Assembly (NCBI GenBank): GCA_036170655.1
Contig: JAVHPP010000131.1
Coordinates: 4,888 to 32,485, forward strand
DNA length: 27,598 bases
Origin: Candidatus Zixiibacteriota bacterium
Lineage (GTDB): Bacteria > Zixibacteria > MSB-5A5 > WJJR01
Direction: 5' to 3'
In this document: in pieces, positions 25,663-27,598 of the stretch
Layout: every line of letters starts with the position of its first letter
Position numbering within the stretch: the stretch's first letter is position 1
Notes under the pieces: model-generated
Databases searched by the model: none
What the model was told of the DNA's origin: nothing
The model's input: the letters and a program-made list of their open reading frames with translations, nothing else
Made by a program: the position numbers and the translations under genes

Positions 25663-26340
25663 TCATTGTGTCGGAATGCGAAACACCAATCCCAGCGTGA
25701 AATTGACAAACCGGGTGGCGTGTGTCTGGGTGAAGACGTTATTGAACAGGGCTTCCGCCGAAAGCCGGACAGACGGGCTGAGGCGGACCAGCAAACCGGG
25801 GCCGGTATTAAAACCGAAACCCGTTGTGGTGCTGCTCGTGCGCTCGGTCACTCTGGCGCCGTGTGTACCTGTCAATTCAGCATTCTGGGCGAACTTGTTC
25901 AGGTAAACTCCTCCACCCACGTGCGCGAAGAAGTTCACGGACGCAGCCGGGTTAAAATAATAGCGCGCGTGCCCCGTAACCTGGATGGTTCTCCATTCAA
26001 ATTTCGGGCTGTATTTATCACGATCTCCCGGGGACAAGGCATCGCTGATCTTCGAAGCGTCGACTTTGTTGACATTGTAATGGAGTTCACCTCCAAAGGC
26101 GAGATGCTCGGTGGCAACCTTGTCAACGAGGACTCCGAAGGCGAAGCCGGGCTGGATATTGATCAAACCTTTCAGCTCTCCCACCGGGTAATCCCCGATG
26201 GGAAGACCCAGACTGAGTTTCGGCGTCACGATCAGTTCGCCCTTCAAGATCTCGGCCCTGGCCGCCGAACCCGCCAGGGCTAACATCACGATGGCCATGA
26301 GACCCATCCTTACAGGACCTTCGGCGATTCTGTTGCGCAT
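25663..26340 (-). CDS. Outer-membrane beta-barrel protein (OMP_b-brl type)
   Basis: Signal peptide ending SAARA; amphipathic strands GHARYYF, FFAHVGGGVY, GFNTGPG; C-terminal LGLVFRI; GAGGAGG RBS. Confidence 0.8.
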   Translation of the reverse strand: MRNRIAEGPVRMGLMAIVMLALAGSAARAEILKGELIVTPKLSLGLPIGDYPVGELKGLINIQPGFAFGVLVDKVATEHLAFGGELHYNVNKVDASKISDALSPGDRDKYSPKFEWRTIQVTGHARYYFNPAASVNFFAHVGGGVYLNKFAQNAELTGTHGARVTERTSSTTTGFGFNTGPGLLVRLSPSVRLSAEALFNNVFTQTHATRFVNFTLGLVFRIPTQ

Positions 26341-26469
26341 GAAGAACCCTCCTCGTCTGCTTCCTACGTCCCAAGCGCACTCACAGTTGCAAGATACTAC
26401 CCTCGACCCGCCACGCTATTCCCAAGATTCGGGGCGTAGGTGCGAATGCGCGACAAACCGGGCAAGACA

Positions 26470-26503
26470 AAACCCGTCCGGATGTGCAAATCCGGACGGG
26501 TTT
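26470..26503. terminator. Intrinsic terminator-like hairpin
   Basis: Perfect 14-bp stem AAACCCGTCCGGAT-N6-ATCCGGACGGGTTT about 30 nt downstream of the stop codon at 26532. Confidence 0.75.
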
Positions 26504-26531
26504 ACGATCAGTGATTTGTGCTGATACTTGT

Positions 26532-27044
26532 TTACTTGTTGCCGAATACCCACCAACGAAGCGTAATGCTGGCATCGGAGCTGACGGTCGCGTAACTCTC
26601 GCCATTCGAGCTTCTTTTGCCAACCATTGTCATGGTCGGGCCCCACTGCCCGACGAGAGAGACGTTATCAGAGAGCTTCGCTGTCCCTCCGAGGAAAGCG
26701 CCGATGTGAAAGTCGGTGTAGGAGTCACCCACTTTGGGGGATGTGATATCCACAGTCACTTTCCCACCAAACAATGCCTTGGTCTCTTCTCCCCCGAATT
26801 GCGCTTCGAGGCTGCCGCCCACCATGAAGGCCGAGCCGGGGTTAGGGCCTTTGTCAGCCACCCAGTCGAAACCGGCCATAGGTTGGATGACCATCGCGTC
26901 GCCTACATGAATTGGCAATGCCATGATCGGGACTACACCACCGCCACTCCAGATCGCTGCCACACCCATCTGGGCGCCTGCAACTCCAGTTGTGGCCAGA
27001 ACCGCCAAGGCCGCTACTGTTGCAACAATTCCGAACTTCTTCAT
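26532..27044 (-). CDS. Small outer-membrane beta-barrel protein
   Basis: Signal peptide MKKFGIVATVAALAVLATTGVAGA; alternating beta strands; aromatic C-terminal strand TLRWWVF; AGGGAGG RBS. Confidence 0.7.
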   Translation of the reverse strand: MKKFGIVATVAALAVLATTGVAGAQMGVAAIWSGGGVVPIMALPIHVGDAMVIQPMAGFDWVADKGPNPGSAFMVGGSLEAQFGGEETKALFGGKVTVDITSPKVGDSYTDFHIGAFLGGTAKLSDNVSLVGQWGPTMTMVGKRSSNGESYATVSSDASITLRWWVFGNK

Positions 27045-27273
27045 GAACCCTCCCTTTGGTTAGGTGTTGGTTGCTTGTCTAACACGGCATATCTGGCCGT
27101 GACGGGCAGAGTTAACGGCAGCCATGGGAACCTGTCAAGAGAGATTTTAGAGGTTTTTGCCGAAAGGCCATCGATTCACGACTTGAAAAGGGAACGTCAT
27201 CGAATACGCTTGGCCACAGAAAGTTAGGACGGATCGAGAACCGACCTTCGTAACCAGCGCGAGCCACACCGGA

Positions 27274-27598
27274 CTACTTGATTGTAAGTACAAGTCCTCC
27301 ACGGACTTCCCACCAATTCGTGTCAGACTTGGACTTCAAATGATGCCCATCGGGATCGTAGTTGACATCGATACTCTGGCCTGTCCGCGTGGTCATGTGG
27401 TCGGTGCGATCCACGCCTTTTGTCGAGATCTTGGAGTAACGGACCTCCATGCTTCCAGACACAAGATTCGATATTGGCACGAGAGCCCCGATTCCAGCGG
27501 TCAGCGCTGCAGAGATTTTGACCTTGCTGTCGAGCCGGGCCATATCAGACGTAAGCACAACCGGAAGTGGTTGGGCGGCAGAATTAACATGTGTGCCA
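27274..27598 (-). CDS. C-terminal part of a probable outer-membrane beta-barrel protein (runs off the window)
   Basis: Frame is open to the window edge; AGIGALVPI, MEVRYSKI, terminal WWEVRGGLVLTIK. Confidence 0.65.
   Translation of the reverse strand, partial: GTHVNSAAQPLPVVLTSDMARLDSKVKISAALTAGIGALVPISNLVSGSMEVRYSKISTKGVDRTDHMTTRTGQSIDVNYDPDGHHLKSKSDTNWWEVRGGLVLTIK

Overview
GC-rich chromosomal window from a diderm bacterium; the gene content is compatible with an FCB-group lineage such as Zixibacteria, but that is inference only. It carries mostly minus-strand housekeeping genes: a thioredoxin-like protein, dnaE, an EF-G2-type fusA, motAB with a clear sigma28 promoter, cysS, an M42 peptidase, a HAD hydrolase, ddl, dedA, ispDF, queA, ruvCAB, yebC and three outer-membrane beta-barrel genes, plus one plus-strand macrodomain gene. 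Overlaid on this is an unusually rich REP/RAYT landscape. Two different HUH (Y1) REP-associated transposases are present, each with its own flanking hairpins, and one carries a copy of its REP in-frame inside its coding sequence. Roughly nine distinct REP-like families (GTAG, GTGG, GGAG, TGTG/GGTG and CGTC feet) occupy many of the intergenic gaps. A 2.2-kb accessory patch beside the second RAYT holds an AbrB-RelE TA pair, a MITE and a truncated DUF5677-like gene, and is punctuated by a repeated GGGCACCCGGCT motif lying exactly at gene ends, which suggests RAYT-linked cassette capture. Also notable are an RmuC-like PD-(D/E)XK coiled-coil protein ending in an SSB-like EDLPF tail just upstream of dnaE, a leader+REPIN element present twice with its spacer apparently inverted, and inverted heptamer arrays between ruvA and ruvB.
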